Of a stretch of DNA of 64,000 nucleotides, positions 12,048 to 24,670 are shown piece after piece. Origin of the DNA: Sphyrna mokarran. Its lineage: Eukaryota. Position 1 is the first letter of the stretch; each line of letters starts with the position of its first letter. Under the pieces are notes generated by a model. The model searched no databases. It was not told the origin of the DNA and saw only the letters and a list, made by a program, of their open reading frames with translations. The DNA lies in contig JAGIQG010000009.1 in NCBI GenBank assembly GCA_024679065.1, positions 95,728,001 through 95,792,000 on the forward strand. Direction: 5' to 3'. The translations under genes and the position numbers were made by a program.

Positions 12048-12325
12048 GAGAGTCGGTGAGTGAGGGGGGAGTGAGAGTTGGTGAGTGAGGGGGGGAGTGA
12101 GAGTCGGTGAGTGAGGGGTGGTGGAGTGAGAGTCGGGATGGAGGGAGTGGGAATGAGAGTCGGTGAGTGAGGGGTGGAGTGAGAGTCGGTGAGTGAGGGG
12201 GGGAGTGAGAGTCGGTGAGTGAGGGGTGGAGTGAGAGTCGGTGAGTGAGGGGTGGAGTGAGAGTCGGTGAGTGAGGGGTGGAGTGAGAGTCGGTGAGTGA
12301 GGGGGAGAGTGAGAGTCGGTGAAGG
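12048..12325 (+). repeat. 26-bp G-rich intron-3 minisatellite containing the exon-3 donor
   Basis: AGAGTCGGTGAGTGAGGGGTGGAGTG x~10; paralogs at 30900-31090 and 40750-40890. Confidence 0.9.
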
Positions 12326-12789
12326 GGGTGATGCCGGGACTCTCTATCTCGAGGTTTCTGTACTGACTCCTCTTTCTTTCTCTCTCAGTTGCCCCCGTCG
12401 TGTCCTTTACCCGTCGGGGTGATTCTAACCGGCTGTCCTGTGCCGTCACCGGGTTTTACCCTCAAGCCGTCGAGGTGAATCTGTGCAGAGATGGAGTGGT
12501 GATTGGTGAGACTCTGTCCACTGGGATCTTACCCAATCACGACAGCACCTACCAGATCCGGAATGGATTGAGTTTGATCCAGAGGACCAGGCCGAGTATT
12601 CCTGTTGGGTGGAACACAGCGGGATGAAGGAGACACTGGTGGTGATTTATGGTAAGACTGTTTCTCACTGTTAGAGAGGACCCAGCCTCAGACTAGGATC
12701 ACAGGAGGGAGGGTCAGTGCTGAGCTGTCAGCCCAGGATATAGAGAGAGGAAATAAATATTATTCAATGTGTTATATATTATGGTTTCA

Positions 12790-13175
12790 CATTACAATGT
12801 GATACAGTGTATCATTGGATATTGTGATTGCACTGAGCCTGGTGTGACATTGGACACAAGAGTAGGTCTTGACCTGGAATGTTCTGGGATATTACAATTG
12901 GTGGAGCCGAGTGTATCTGGGATACTGCAGTAGGACAGTCTGTAGTGTATCCTGAGATATTCCTCGTAAGACCAATCCCTGTGCATCTGGGATATTTTAG
13001 CCTGTCAGGACCCGGTGTATCCTGGGATATTACAGGAGATGGGACACTATGAATTATCAGAGGATGGAGAGACCTTGGTGCACCCAAGAAACAATACTTT
13101 TCATTGTGCACCAATTTATCTGACAATAATAAATCTTATCAAATATTACAGTAGGACAGGACCCAGTGCATCCTG
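12790..13175. repeat. degenerate intron-4 tandem repeat (GTGTATCCTGGGATATTACAG core)
   Basis: Core recurs every ~33-36 bp; paralogs at ~31640-32370 and 41380-41760. Confidence 0.65.
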
Positions 13176-13189
13176 CAAATTCACTTCTA

Positions 13190-14455
13190 TCAAATTAAGA
13201 TCAGTACTCAGAAAAATAATGGAATTCCTTCTATTGGAGACAATTCATGAAAATCTAGGATCAAATATTATGACAATGAACAGTCAGCATGAATTTTGAA
13301 CAGGAAAATATTGTTTTACTCCACTTAGTGGAATTTTTGCATATGTTTCAGAGGGAATAGACAATGGAAATGTAATAGATGTAATATATAATTTTTCAAG
13401 TGTAATAGGAAAGGGGGATCATGATGGACTGATTGACAAGATCAAAGCAAGTGGAGTTATTAGTGACAGAATGGATTACTTGCTGACTTTGGGACAGAAA
13501 GCAGAGAGTGTGAGTAAAGGGAGTTTCAGAGTTACAGAAAGAGATAAATGATGTTTCACAAGGTTCAATGCTGGAATCACCACTGTTCACAACTTACCCT
13601 CCAAATCTTAGATATTGGAAGCAAAAATACCATTTCTTAGTTTGCAGATAACATCAAATTGGGGGAATTATTTGATTTTGAGGAGCACTGGAATAAATTA
13701 ACAGGACATGAATAAATCTCAGCAAATAATTGGTGAATAAAGTTCAGCACAGATAAAGATGAGGTATTTTTCAGTTAATGATAAATAGGGAGGTTTGAGA
13801 AACAAAGGATCTTAGTATACAAATACACCAATCAGAAAATATACAGTTACAGGTGAGGCAATAAATGAAATACAATCAAAAACCAGATTTTACTTCTCAA
13901 GGAATAGAATTGTAAAGCAGGGCTGTTGTTGCCAAATTTTGGTTAAACCACATTTAAAGACCATGTGCAGTTCCAGTCACCAATTCATACAAAGGATTTA
14001 GAGTCAGGGGAGAGAGTGTGGAGAAGATTGACAGAGATTATTCCAGAAATGAGTGGGTGGACATCTCAAGAAAGGATTGACCAGCTGGTTCTCTACTCTC
14101 AGAAAACAGAAGGCTGAGAGTTGATCTAATCGAGAACTTTAAAATTATGAAATGTTTTTTATAGAGTGGACACATCAAGAGTGACCCTCATGTGAGAAGA
14201 GCACATCCAGTGACCATCAATACAAGAACCTCAATGGGGAATTCGTGAGAAATCTCTTCACCCAAAGAGTGATGAGAATGTGGAGCTGAACTGAACCGAA
14301 CAGTTTGAGGGGAAGATAGACAAGCAAATGAAGGAGAAGGGAATAGAGTTAAAATGATTCAATTAGATGAGGAATGATGGAAGGAGGCTCAAGTGGAACA
14401 GAAATATCAGCACCAATGGATGGGCCAAAAGACCATTTTCTATATCGTATCTCCT
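13190..14455 (+). mobile_element. old CR1 RT fragment in intron 4 (paralogs 32370-33710 and 41770-43030)
   Basis: SQHEF, QGS.L, FADN.K and FTQRV remnants; shared by all three gene copies. Confidence 0.8.
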
Positions 14456-16019
14456 GCGTTTCATGATTCACTCTCTCTCTGATTCACTCTCACATTTCTC
14501 TTTCTTTCTCTGATTCACTCTCTCATTCTGTCTCCCTAATCTTTCTCTATCTCTCATTCTCTCTGTCCTTTACTCATAGTTGGTTGTCCTCTCTCTGATT
14601 CTCTCCCATTCTCTCACATTCTATTTCGCTCTGATTCTCACTTTTCCCTCTCCCTGATTCACTCAGTCTCTCTGATTCTCTCTCTCTAACAGAACCAGAG
14701 TCTCGCTCCCACGTTGCTGTTGCTGCCGGGATTGTGGTCGGGGTCCTCGTGCTCATCGTTCTCATCATTGTGGTTGTCATCACCAACAACAAGAAAGGTA
14801 GGAATTGGAGGAAAAGAGCATTAGGCGAACTGTAGTGGATCCAGGCAGTCCGGGAGGCTGGAATTGATTCATGCCATGACGAGACTTTTCAATCAATTCA
14901 CAATAATGAATGTCAGAGACAGTGGATGATAGTTCACTGTGGGCAGGGATTCAGGGAGAGTATTGCAGAGTAATGGTGGCTTAGGCTGTGGGTCTCAGGT
15001 TAGTGTGGGGGCAGGGAGGGGGTTGGTGAGTGGGTGGAAGAGCTGCAGGGTTGGGATAGGGTCAGTAAGGGGCTCATGGTAAAGGGGGAGTGTCTGAGAA
15101 ATGTGGGAAGGGTCTCAAATTGGATGAGGAGTTCAGGGTATCAGTGAGGGCTCAGGTAAGAGTGAGGGTCCAACGACAGGATGGGAGGGAGGATCCAGGG
15201 TCAGATAGGAGTGAGGGTCTCAGATTGCGGTGTGAGAGAAGGTTCAGAATTCGGTTGTAGGGGCTCAGTACGAGTGAGAGTTCCAGCCTCTGTCTCTGAT
15301 TTTGTCTCAGTCTCATCACTCACTGAACATTCCTTGTGTTACAGGCAAAGGGAACAGCGACTAAATCCTGCAAATAGTAAGTTGATCTTCAAATATTGTC
15401 CTTTTGCAACTATGTACATCATTGTCCATTCTATTTCAAACATAGTATGTGTGTGTTTGTGTGTGTGCATCCATTGTGCGTTTGTGTGTGGATGTGTGGG
15501 CTTCTCTGTGTCACTGTCAGTTTGGATGTGTGAGAGTCTCTTCCTTTCTCTATGTCTCTCGGTCTCTGTTTGTCTCTCTCGTATTCTCTTGATCACATCC
15601 ACAGTCTCTGTCTCTCTGATAATGAACAAATTTTTAACACCTCTTCTTCCTTTAATAGCTTCTAATGGTGGGGATTCTTCATCCAGATCCTCCACAAGTT
15701 CCCGAGGTATGAACTGTGTTGATAAATATTGGGAGTTGATCCTTCTAACTGGGATATTCCCGTTGGATTTTACTGTATAATCTGGTGGGTGGGATGTGAG
15801 TCAGTGTCTGTCTATCACTGTATAGTCAGAAACATTCAACCTGGACAGTCTTCGCGAAGCTGTTCAATTTCCTAAAGAAAGTCAGAATTGACAGAGTTTT
15901 CCCTGAAGTCGGCCACTGGAGTCTGTCACTCCCACAGAATTTAACATCAGTAGTGTTTTATGATGAGTCTGATCATTTGCTGAATGTTTGGGGTGTGGAG
16001 TAGACTCAGGAGTTTATTT

Positions 16020-16390
16020 GGTGTTTGGGGGCTCTGAAGGGTTTAGCTGGTATTTGGGGGTCTGATGGGTTTAGCTGGTGTTTGGGGCTCTGAAGGGTTT
16101 AGCTGGTGTTTGGGGCTCTGAAGGGTTTAGCTGGTGTTTGGGGCTCTGAAGGGTTTAGCTGGTGTTTGGGGCTCTGAAGGGTTTAGCTGGTGTTTGGGGC
16201 TCTGAAGGGTTTAGCTGGTGTTTGGGGCTCTGAAGGGTTTAGCTGGTGTTTGGGGCTCTGAAGGGTTTAGCTGGTGTTTGGGGCTCTGAAGGGTTTAGCT
16301 GGTGTTTGGGGCTCTGAAGGGTTTAGCTGGTGTTTGGGGCTCTGAAGGGTTTAGCTGGTGTTTGGGGCTCTGAAGGGTTTAGCTGGTGTT
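16020..16390. repeat. 28-bp VNTR downstream of copy A
   Basis: GGGTTTAGCTGGTGTTTGGGGCTCTGAA x~13; ~7 copies at 35255-35462 and ~3 at 44675-44765. Confidence 0.93.
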
Positions 16391-17715
16391 GTGTAGATGG
16401 AATGTTCAATCGTAGAAAATTTATGATTGAGAGTGAGGCCATCCAGTCCATCTGAATCCTGACTGTTAATGAAGAACTCTTTAGCCTTATCTCACCTTCC
16501 TGTATTCGTTCTGCAGCTCTGTGGATCAAAGCTCTTCAACTTGACATCCAAGAATTGATTCAATGTGGTGACAGTTTCTGTCTCTACCATGTTTTCAGAC
16601 AGTGAGTCCTGGGTCCCTACTGCCCCCTGGGTGAAAATCTCCTTTCTCATTTCCCCTCTGATCTTTCTACCAATTATTTTAAATTTATCCCCCTGGTTTT
16701 TGATGGTATGCTAAGGTAAATGTGTCATTTCTATTTACAATGGCTCGTTATAATTATATCCACCATGGGGATCTTGTCTAAAGCATTTTTAAAATCTCTC
16801 TTCACCACATCTACCCCACTGCCCTCATCAACCCTCCTTCTCACCTCTTCCAAATTTTAATTTAGTTTAGCCTAAATGAAGGTTTGTACCCTTCCTCAAA
16901 ATTGATTCCAATAATTCTTCCAACACCAAAATTACATTGACTGGTGTTGATTACCTTTTCTTCTCTTTTCAATCCATGGTGCAATATTGGCAGTCCTTTA
17001 ATCTCCTTCCACACTCCTGTAGCCCAAGACGGGTGATTCTGATGATCAGAGCCCCTTGAATATCCTCCCTTGCTTCTTTTAACCAGGAGATTTATCTACT
17101 TTAAAAACTCTATAATCTGTTAATACATCCTCTGTTACAATGTTTATCTGATGCAGTAATTCACACTCTTCTTCCTTAACTGCAATATCAGGATTGCTTC
17201 CTTTTACCCAAAGATAGTGGCAGTGTATTTATTCACAGTCTCACCACATTCTCCATCCTGTCACACGGACTATCTTATCGGTCTGCGACAGAGCCTACCC
17301 CTTCCTGCTCCTTTTCTCTTCATGTACTTAGAGATCATGCTTAGATGTTTCTTGATATTTTCATGCCCTCACTTTACTTTCCTGGTTTCACTGTTAATTT
17401 CACTCTGACAATAGTGTACTACTCCAGGTTTCTGCAGTATTGGGTGTTATGGGTTTAATAGAATTTGCTGCTGGTATATGTGGAGGTTGAGTGGATGGGT
17501 TTTGTTGGGGGTATTCCAGCTCTACTGGGTTTGCCTCACACTATAGCGATGTATTTCTTTCTCATCCTCAGTGTCCGATTTGTAATCCAGAGATACCAGG
17601 CCTGAGAGCAGTGGCAGAATGGATGCGAGAATCTGGGAAGATTTTATTGAAATGGCAGCAATGGACTGATTTAAACACTACATATAGTCTTTTTCACTAC
17701 ATATAGTCTTTTTTT

Positions 17716-18025
17716 TGATAGCCTTTTTCCTAGGATGGAGAAAGCTAGCACGAGGGGACACAGCTTTAAATTAAGGGGTATGAGTTATAGGACGGATATC
17801 AGAGGTGGGTTCTTTACTCAAAGAGTGATTAGGGAGTGGAATGCCCTGCCTGCAGCTGTTGTAGATGCGCCAAGTTTGGTGGCGTTTAAGAGGTTAATTG
17901 ATAAGTATATGGAAGAGAAGGGAATGGTTTAGTTTGGAGGGGCATTGCTTTTTATTTTGGTCGGCACAACATCGAAGGCCGAAGGGCCTGTTCTGTGCTG
18001 TAATGTTCTATGTTCTATGTTCTAT
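17716..18025 (+). mobile_element. young 5'-truncated CR1 (HER1-like) insertion
   Basis: TRGHSFKL...FFTQRV..WN.LP; (TTCTATG)n tail; absent at the paralogous site ~46085. Confidence 0.9.
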
Positions 18026-18624
18026 ATGTAGCTCTCTGTGAACGGAACTGTGGCAATAGTTTATCAGGAATTGCTCCATCTGGAGCTGCACTTTTGAAGC
18101 TGTTCTGATCTGACCTGTTTATTCTGCACAGATTGTGGAGTAAGAAGTCTCACAACACTAAGCTGAAGTCCAAGAGGTTTGTCTGGAATTATAAGCTTTT
18201 GTAAAGCTGCTCCTTCCTCAGGCGATTCATTATTTACCTTGCACTGATTCTAAAGGTTATGGGTTGTCAGGCATTACTCTATCAGGATCTACACTGTTTA
18301 AGCTATTCTGTTCTGCCCTGTGTTGTGGGGCTTTTTGATAATCAGGCTTTTCAAGTTGTTACAATATTTTTCCCTTGATGTAGACAAACCAAATCTCACA
18401 TCTATTTGATATGCCAGCTATATCGCAAGGATCCCAGAAAGCTAGCCAGAATAATTCAGAATTGCACAAGCAGTTGTAATTTTGGGCACAATTACAATTA
18501 CTTAATATACCCATCAAGATATGGGAGTTATCGCTATCCACTCACAACTATTGATTAAGATCACAACATGCATATGATACGAATGTTAAACACCAATCAT
18601 CACCATTACATGCCTGTTTAATTA

Positions 18625-19507
18625 TGTGACATATTATGCCTTTAAGAAATGGATTATTTAAATCATCTCTCTACAGTTTGTAGGCAGCTTTCTTTTCTTT
18701 GTTACCAATTTTTGTGTTTGAGTGTTGTTTTGTTGCTGTTTAAATTGTTTAAATGGGATTTTGTTTATTTTTAATCTGGGCCTACTGTAATATCCTGGAG
18801 CTTTACGAGTTTACAACCTTTTCCAATTGTTAGAGGGAAGAATGATTGATAGGTCAGATGACAAAAGTTATTTCACTTTTGGTTTCGGGTGCTGGCTGCT
18901 TTTTTAGTTCGAACATATTTGGACTTCAAACTGAAAGGCAGTATTTCTGAGGCTCTCTCCCTGTTATTAGAAATTCTGCTATGTTGGAAGCAGTTTTTCT
19001 TGCCTTCCTGGAATGAAAACTTTGCTGTCTGAGGTTTGCTGGTTAATAGCTAGATGTCAGCAGTGGCTTTATTCCTACCTCAGTGTCTGCTGGAAGTTAT
19101 AAAGCTGAGATGCCAGAGGTTGAATTCTATTGAAAGGACTAATTCACAACAGGCATTACTGAGCTTCAAACCACGCGGGTATTCTTATTTTCTGAGCTAA
19201 ATGTGAAGTAGATGTATGTTTTTAAAGGTGCTTATTATATTGGAATGTGTATTTAATTGTTAAGGTTTATACACTGTCATGGTTATGTTTTTCTTGTCTC
19301 TAATAGGAAAGGGTATTGCTAATTTTCATTCCATTTGGTAACTGTATTCTTAAATAAATTTTTATTGAAAAAAGCTCTCTAATGGGTCATTTAAATCACA
19401 GCTAAAGTGAAACTTTTCATGCTTTTTCTAGCCAAATTCAAAATGTAAAATTGTGGTTCCAGCTGACTTCATAAAATACCTTGGAGTTTCTGACCTGGGT
19501 TATAACA
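18625..19507 (+). mobile_element. solo LTR (Gypsy-like)
   Basis: TGT...ACA termini, ATTA 4-bp TSD on both sides, internal AATAAA at ~19353; 883 bp. Confidence 0.75.
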
Positions 19508-19569
19508 ATTACAATATTCAATTAGCACGAAGATTTAATCATATTAGCTGATCTAATAGAGGTGGCATA

Positions 19570-19885
19570 GTGTGGCAGCACAGTGGCACAGGGGTTATCA
19601 TTGCTGCCTCACTGCACTAAAGACCAGGGTTCAATTCCTGCTAGACACTTGTCTGTGTGGAGTTTGCACATTCTCCCAGTGGCCATGTGGCCTTCCTCCG
19701 GTTTCCACCCACAGTCCAAAGATGTGCGGGTTAGGTTGATTGGCCATGATAAATTGACCATAGTGACAGGGGCATTAGCAGCATAAACATGTGTGTTAGA
19801 AGAATAGAGTCTGAGTGGGATTGTGAACAGTGCAGACTCGATGGACCGAATGGCATTCTTCCTGTAAGGATTCTATGATTCTATG
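19570..19885 (+). mobile_element. HE1-type SINE (paralog 47625-47960)
   Basis: A/B boxes, V-domain core, TTCTATG tail. Confidence 0.85.
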
Positions 19886-20456
19886 AATTGATGTTGTTAC
19901 AAGTCCTCTGTAACATCCAAATTTGAGTCTGGATTTGTACATATCAAATACCTCTCCGATGTCCGGATGTCTAATCTAATGAACTCTTTCAGTTTAGTAG
20001 TCTTTGTTAATAACGAACCTCTATTTTAGGCTTACCTTCCTTGTGCTGATGCCTTGACGTTTACATGGGTAAACTTTAACAGAGACCGTGCTTTCTCCAA
20101 TGATAGCTTATGTATGATTAATAACACTTTCACTCTGTTCATCCTGTCCAAGGAGGTGATTTTACCTTTGTGCCCACTGGCTGATTGGCAGGGTGAGCCG
20201 GTAATATGGTGAGCAAGTCGAGAAATTCACACCCGATTTCTTCCCTTTCACGATCTTCCCCGCGCCAGACCTCCGGTAAGGTCATCCTCACATCCATTTC
20301 CAGTGCAAGGCTGAATAAATTATTTAAGTAAAATTTACATATCTTTTGTATTGAATTCACAAGCCTATCGTCTGGATTCACTTGCCTCTGTGGCCTCGCC
20401 AGGAGAGATTCTCTCCAATGAAAATCACAGCTGGCCCCCACCAATGGGGAACTAGA

Positions 20457-21157
20457 TAGAACATAGAACATTACAGTGCAGAACAGGCCCTTCGGCCCTC
20501 GATGTTGAGCCGACCAATTAGGAAAAAGCAATGACCCTCAAACCTAAACCATTCCCTTTTCGTCCATAAACTTATCTACTAACCTCTTAAACGCCACCAA
20601 ACTTGGTGCATCTACAACTGATGCAGGCAGGGCATTCCATACCCTTACCACCCTCTGGGTGAAGAACCTACCTCTGACATCCGTCCTATAACCACCACCC
20701 CTTAATTTAAAGCTGTGTCCCCTCGTGCTAGCTTTCTCCATCCTAGGAAAAAGGCTATCACTGTCCACCCTATCTAAACCTCTAATCATCTTATATGTTT
20801 CAATAAGGTCTCCTCTTAGCCGCCTTCTTTCTAATGAAAACAACCTCAAATCCCTCAGCCTCTCTTCATAAGACCTGCCTTCCATACCAGACAACATTCT
20901 GGTAAACCTCCTCTGTACCCTCTCCAATGCCTCCACATCTTTCTTATAATGCGGGGACCAGAACTGCACACAATACTCCAAGTGCGGCCGCACTAGAGTT
21001 TTGTACAGTTGCAACACGACGTTGCGGCGCCGAAATTCAATCCCCCTACCAATAAAAGCTAAGACTCCATGTGCCTTCTTAACAACCTTATCGACTTGAT
21101 TGCCAACTTTCAGGGATCTATGCACATATACACCAAGATCCCTCTGTTCATCAACAT
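20457..21157 (-). mobile_element. young CR1 insertion with an open RT C-terminal frame
   Basis: QRDLGV...LYKTLVRPHLEYCVQFWSP...LERVQRRFTRM...RRRLRGDLIE; absent at paralogous ~48543. Confidence 0.93.
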
Positions 21158-21969
21158 GATGTAATGGCCTCGCTGGTAGAAATAGAGGCCTTTGGCTGCC
21201 CGCCAAGGTAACTAGCGCCCTGGCACTGCCAACTGGTGTCAGGCTATAACACGAAGATGGGGCCTGAGGGGACAGTCCTATCGGGGAGGGGCCAGACCAG
21301 GTCGGCGGATTGGTGCTGGTGGGCAAGAAGGAAAAACTGTACGATGCCACAATGATTAGTGGGGAAGGGTCATCCTCTGCGTTCGCCGTGGCATGATAGG
21401 GGCGTTTTAGGCTGGCTATTGTGGTAAGAGGGGGTGTCATGAAGATGATCTATCTGAGCAGGTGGGAGGATGGAGCAAGTTGTGAGCATTGATCGGCACA
21501 AGCAGGCAAGAGAGTGATGGTGGACCACTGGTCCCCACAGTTGCTGGGAGCAGGGGTGGTGTGTTTAGGCCAGAGAGGCTGGCTGAGAACAGCAGAGGCT
21601 GAGTGACAATCCTCTCTGCTCCCACAGCAGAGGGACCTTTGCAAGGTCAGAAATGGACGTCAAGAGGTAGTAACAGACAGTGATGGGAATATTTGGTGGA
21701 TATATGTATATGGACTTTCAAAACAAATTACCACATGGGATTACTTTTGAAGATGAAATCAGTTTTTTGCACATCTCTTGAACTGGATCACAATGATCTT
21801 TTACCATTCCAGCCTCTCACTCCAGATAACATCGGGACGATGCAGGAAGGTGACCTTTGTGTTCCGATCCAGTTCCACCTCCCCAAGTAGTAGTTCCTGA
21901 TTTTGATAACCCATCACACATCAAGGTGTGTGATACACACCTGGTATTTCCACTTGGAGTTTGGGCTGC

Positions 21970-22235
21970 TGGCAGTGTTGAGGTATTGTCACCGGATAGG
22001 AATCCAGAGACACAGGATAAAGTTCTGGGAACCTGGATTGAATCCATTATGGGAGAGAATGGAAATTGAACTCAATAAAAAATGAAGTCTAATGATGACC
22101 ATGAAGCCATTGCCGACTGTTGTAAAAACCCATCTTGTTCACTAATGTCCTTGAAGGAAGGAAATCTATTGTCCTTACCTGGTCTGCCCTACATGTGATT
22201 CCAGACCCACAGCAATGCGATTGTCTCTTAAATGT
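21970..22235 (+). mobile_element. second SINE family (paralog 49380-49650)
   Basis: CTAATGATGACCATGAA...GTTCACTAATGTCC.....GGAAGGAAATCT...CATGTGA.TCCAGACCCACAGCAATG core, recalled as a recurrent shark repeat. Confidence 0.6.
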
Positions 22236-22409
22236 CTTTGGAAATGACCCAGGAGAATTAGAGGTGAAGGATATGCAATGTTCATGTACACATTTCATCA
22301 GTATCACTGTAAGCTTGTCCCACTGCTGCAACCTTTTCCATGGAGCTGCTTTGGATTTGTACATGGTTGGGGTGAGGGGGAGTGGGGTAAAGGGTGCTAA
22401 ACAAACATT

Positions 22410-22665
22410 AAAGGTTCCAGTTTATTTATTAGTGTCACAAGTCGACTTATGTTAACGTTTAATGAAGCTTACTGTGAAAACCCTCTGGTGCCTGTTCAGT
22501 TTCAGTGAGGGAGGATTTAGCATTTGCAGTGCACCTCAACAGCACAACTTTCAAAATGTGGGAGGAAACATGAGCACTGGGAGAAAACCTATACAAACAC
22601 AGGGATAACATGCAAACTCAGCACAGGCAGTTACCCAAGTTGGGAATCCAGGTGAGGCAGCAGTA
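22410..22665 (-). mobile_element. V-SINE-type SINE (paralog 49830-50110)
   Basis: Antisense V-domain core and TTTATTTATTAGTGTCACAAG tail. Confidence 0.7.
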
Positions 22666-23204
22666 TCTATATACCGTCCTTTATACAAGGCACAAACATC
22701 ACCAAGAGAAAGTCAGCAAATTATCAATCTAAACTACTTTCCTTTCTGTAAAATATGTATCAGTACCAGATTACACCCATGATGATGTTAATATATGTGC
22801 AGTGTGTATGTTTCTTAACACTACATCTCTCTCTCAATCACTCTCCTTGGACAAACATCCCATTATTTTCCATTCTATCTCAACTGGGAGCCCTGGATAA
22901 TATTGACAATCAAATATAATCTTTTGACATTGAATTTGATTGCTGACACTGACATGTTTGCTCCTTAGGTGATTTATCATTATTTAAGCAGAAGATTAAA
23001 TGATACTTACATTTTTCAAATCATCTCAAATTGAGACAGCCCCATGTATAGTTTACTTCAGAACCTTCATAGAAAGGAGATAAAATGTATTTTAAATCCC
23101 AGCAGGTTTCTCTTTAAGCATTTTAAAATATTAATTCACATATAATGAATTTGTGAATTCCAAATTCTTCTGCCCTGTTTTCATGTTTCTTTAAGTGATA
23201 CTAT

Positions 23205-23445
23205 AGGGCAGCACCAAGGACCCAGATTCAATTCCCGGCCTGGGTCACTGCCTGTGTGGAGCCTGCACGTTCTGCCCGTGTCTGTGTGGGTTTCCTCCCA
23301 CAGTCCAAAAGATGTGCTGGTTAGGTGGATTAACCATGCTAAATTCTCCCTCAGCAGAACGTGCATGAGTGTGGCGACGAGGAGATTTTCACAGCAAGTT
23401 AATTGCAGTGTTAATGTCAGCCGACTTGTGACACTGATAAAATAC
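23205..23445 (+). mobile_element. V-SINE-type SINE (paralog 50650-50890)
   Basis: GGTCACTG.CTGTGTGGAG...CACAGTCCAAAAGATGTG...CTTGTGACACT.ATAAA. Confidence 0.8.
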
Positions 23446-24084
23446 TTAAACAAAAAGTCCATTGGAAAGCGTGCTCAAGTCAAGATCTCCCATTGCCAAG
23501 CACACTGTCTTGGCAAATCACAAATATCAAAGCCTTTGTACAAATTGGTAAATGCAGCTAAGTTTCCAATTCTTGTAGCTGTTGGAAATATTGTTACACT
23601 TTGCAGTATTGGACACAATTGTTACCTGTGCGGATGTGTGTGAGTTTATAAAATAGAAAAGGTTCGTGTGCTCAGAGATGAAAGGGTTAATTCTAAATTA
23701 AAACATGTTTGGTGAAGGAATTCACTGTCACCGCGGTTTCAAACAGAGACTGGGTTACAATGTTCTCAGAGTAATGGCGGTTTCAGCAGAACAAAAATAT
23801 TTCTTCAAGTCTTGTGGATTCACCAATTCAAACTGGATATTTTAGAATGAAAACCTTGGCGCAAAATGGATTAGAAGTTAAGGTCTCAATTGTTCCCCAA
23901 GGTGATTTTTATGAAGATTTTAAACACAAGAATAATCCACCAACAATCACCTTAAATTCAGCTCCTCAATTCGAAATTGCACCGTCAAAATTAAAGAAAC
24001 AACTTCACTCTGACAGATGTGGATTTGTATCTGGATTAGAAATCCGCATGTTTCACCCGTTTCAATAGAGTTTCATTGTAACGA

Positions 24085-24670
24085 TAACAAGTTTTCAGTT
24101 TCAAAACTTTTAAACTGTTCTCCTCCTTTAGACCTCACCATTTTCAGGAAAACACATCAGAATTGGAGCCGGTCTGAAGGAACAGCAATGCAGAGCATTC
24201 ACACAGCCTTTCCTCATTCACTAACAGGACATTTACACACACACATCTGGACACACAATTCTTTCTCACATCACTTCAAGTTTCACTCTGGATCTTTTCA
24301 ACATTAAAAAGGTGTCTTTTAAAAGGAGATAAAATAAATTCCATCACATTTTCTTTCTTCACTAATGTCTGTTATTGAAATGAAGGGAAAACCGCGTTTC
24401 ACAAATAACAGAAAAGGAAACATTGAAGATTGTTCCATTGAAACAACAGAGGGCGGAGTTTCTAACAGAGTGTGTTTCAATTCCAAAACTTCTACAAACT
24501 TCTTCAACTTAAAAAGTAAAACTTGTTTTATTTTCTCAATTCTGGGGACACAATCTGAAATTCTTTGCACTCACTCTAATTTCTATTTCACTGCAATTTT
24601 CCTGTTTATTTTCTCCCATCCGGAAGCCGAGGATCGGCTTCAGTCCCGGTTTCGATTTGAAATTTATTTT
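24085..24670. promoter_or_regulatory. putative IRF/ISRE-GC-ETS regulatory block (copy 1)
   Basis: TTTCAGTTTC 24093, GAAAAGGAAA 24411, GGGCGGAG 24451, TTTCTATTTCA 24580, CCGGAAG 24620, local CpG enrichment. Confidence 0.35.

Larger units (their letters stand above)
11040..15780 (+). pseudogene. MHC class I heavy chain copy A, frameshifted (probable pseudogene)
   Basis: Exons: leader 11040-11088 (MIGLIVLVLLCGEVSA), a1 11244-11504, a2 11783-12055, a3 12389-12651 (263 nt; CGG AA TGG versus CGG AAA TGG in copy C gives a frameshift at ~12562 and a stop at 12627), TM 14693-14797, cytoplasmic 15345-15376 (TAC becomes TAA by loss of one C), and last exon from 15659 with the TGA stop changed to CGA. 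Confidence 0.8.

Noticed and set aside
15181-15780. 199-aa ORF
   Set aside because: Mostly intron with TG/CT-rich low-complexity sequence; only the end overlaps the last class I exon
20544-21440. 298-aa minus-strand ORF as a host gene
   Set aside because: The C-terminal ~200 aa are CR1 RT. The N-terminus is flanking DNA fused by chance at the insertion point, and the insert is absent in the paralog.
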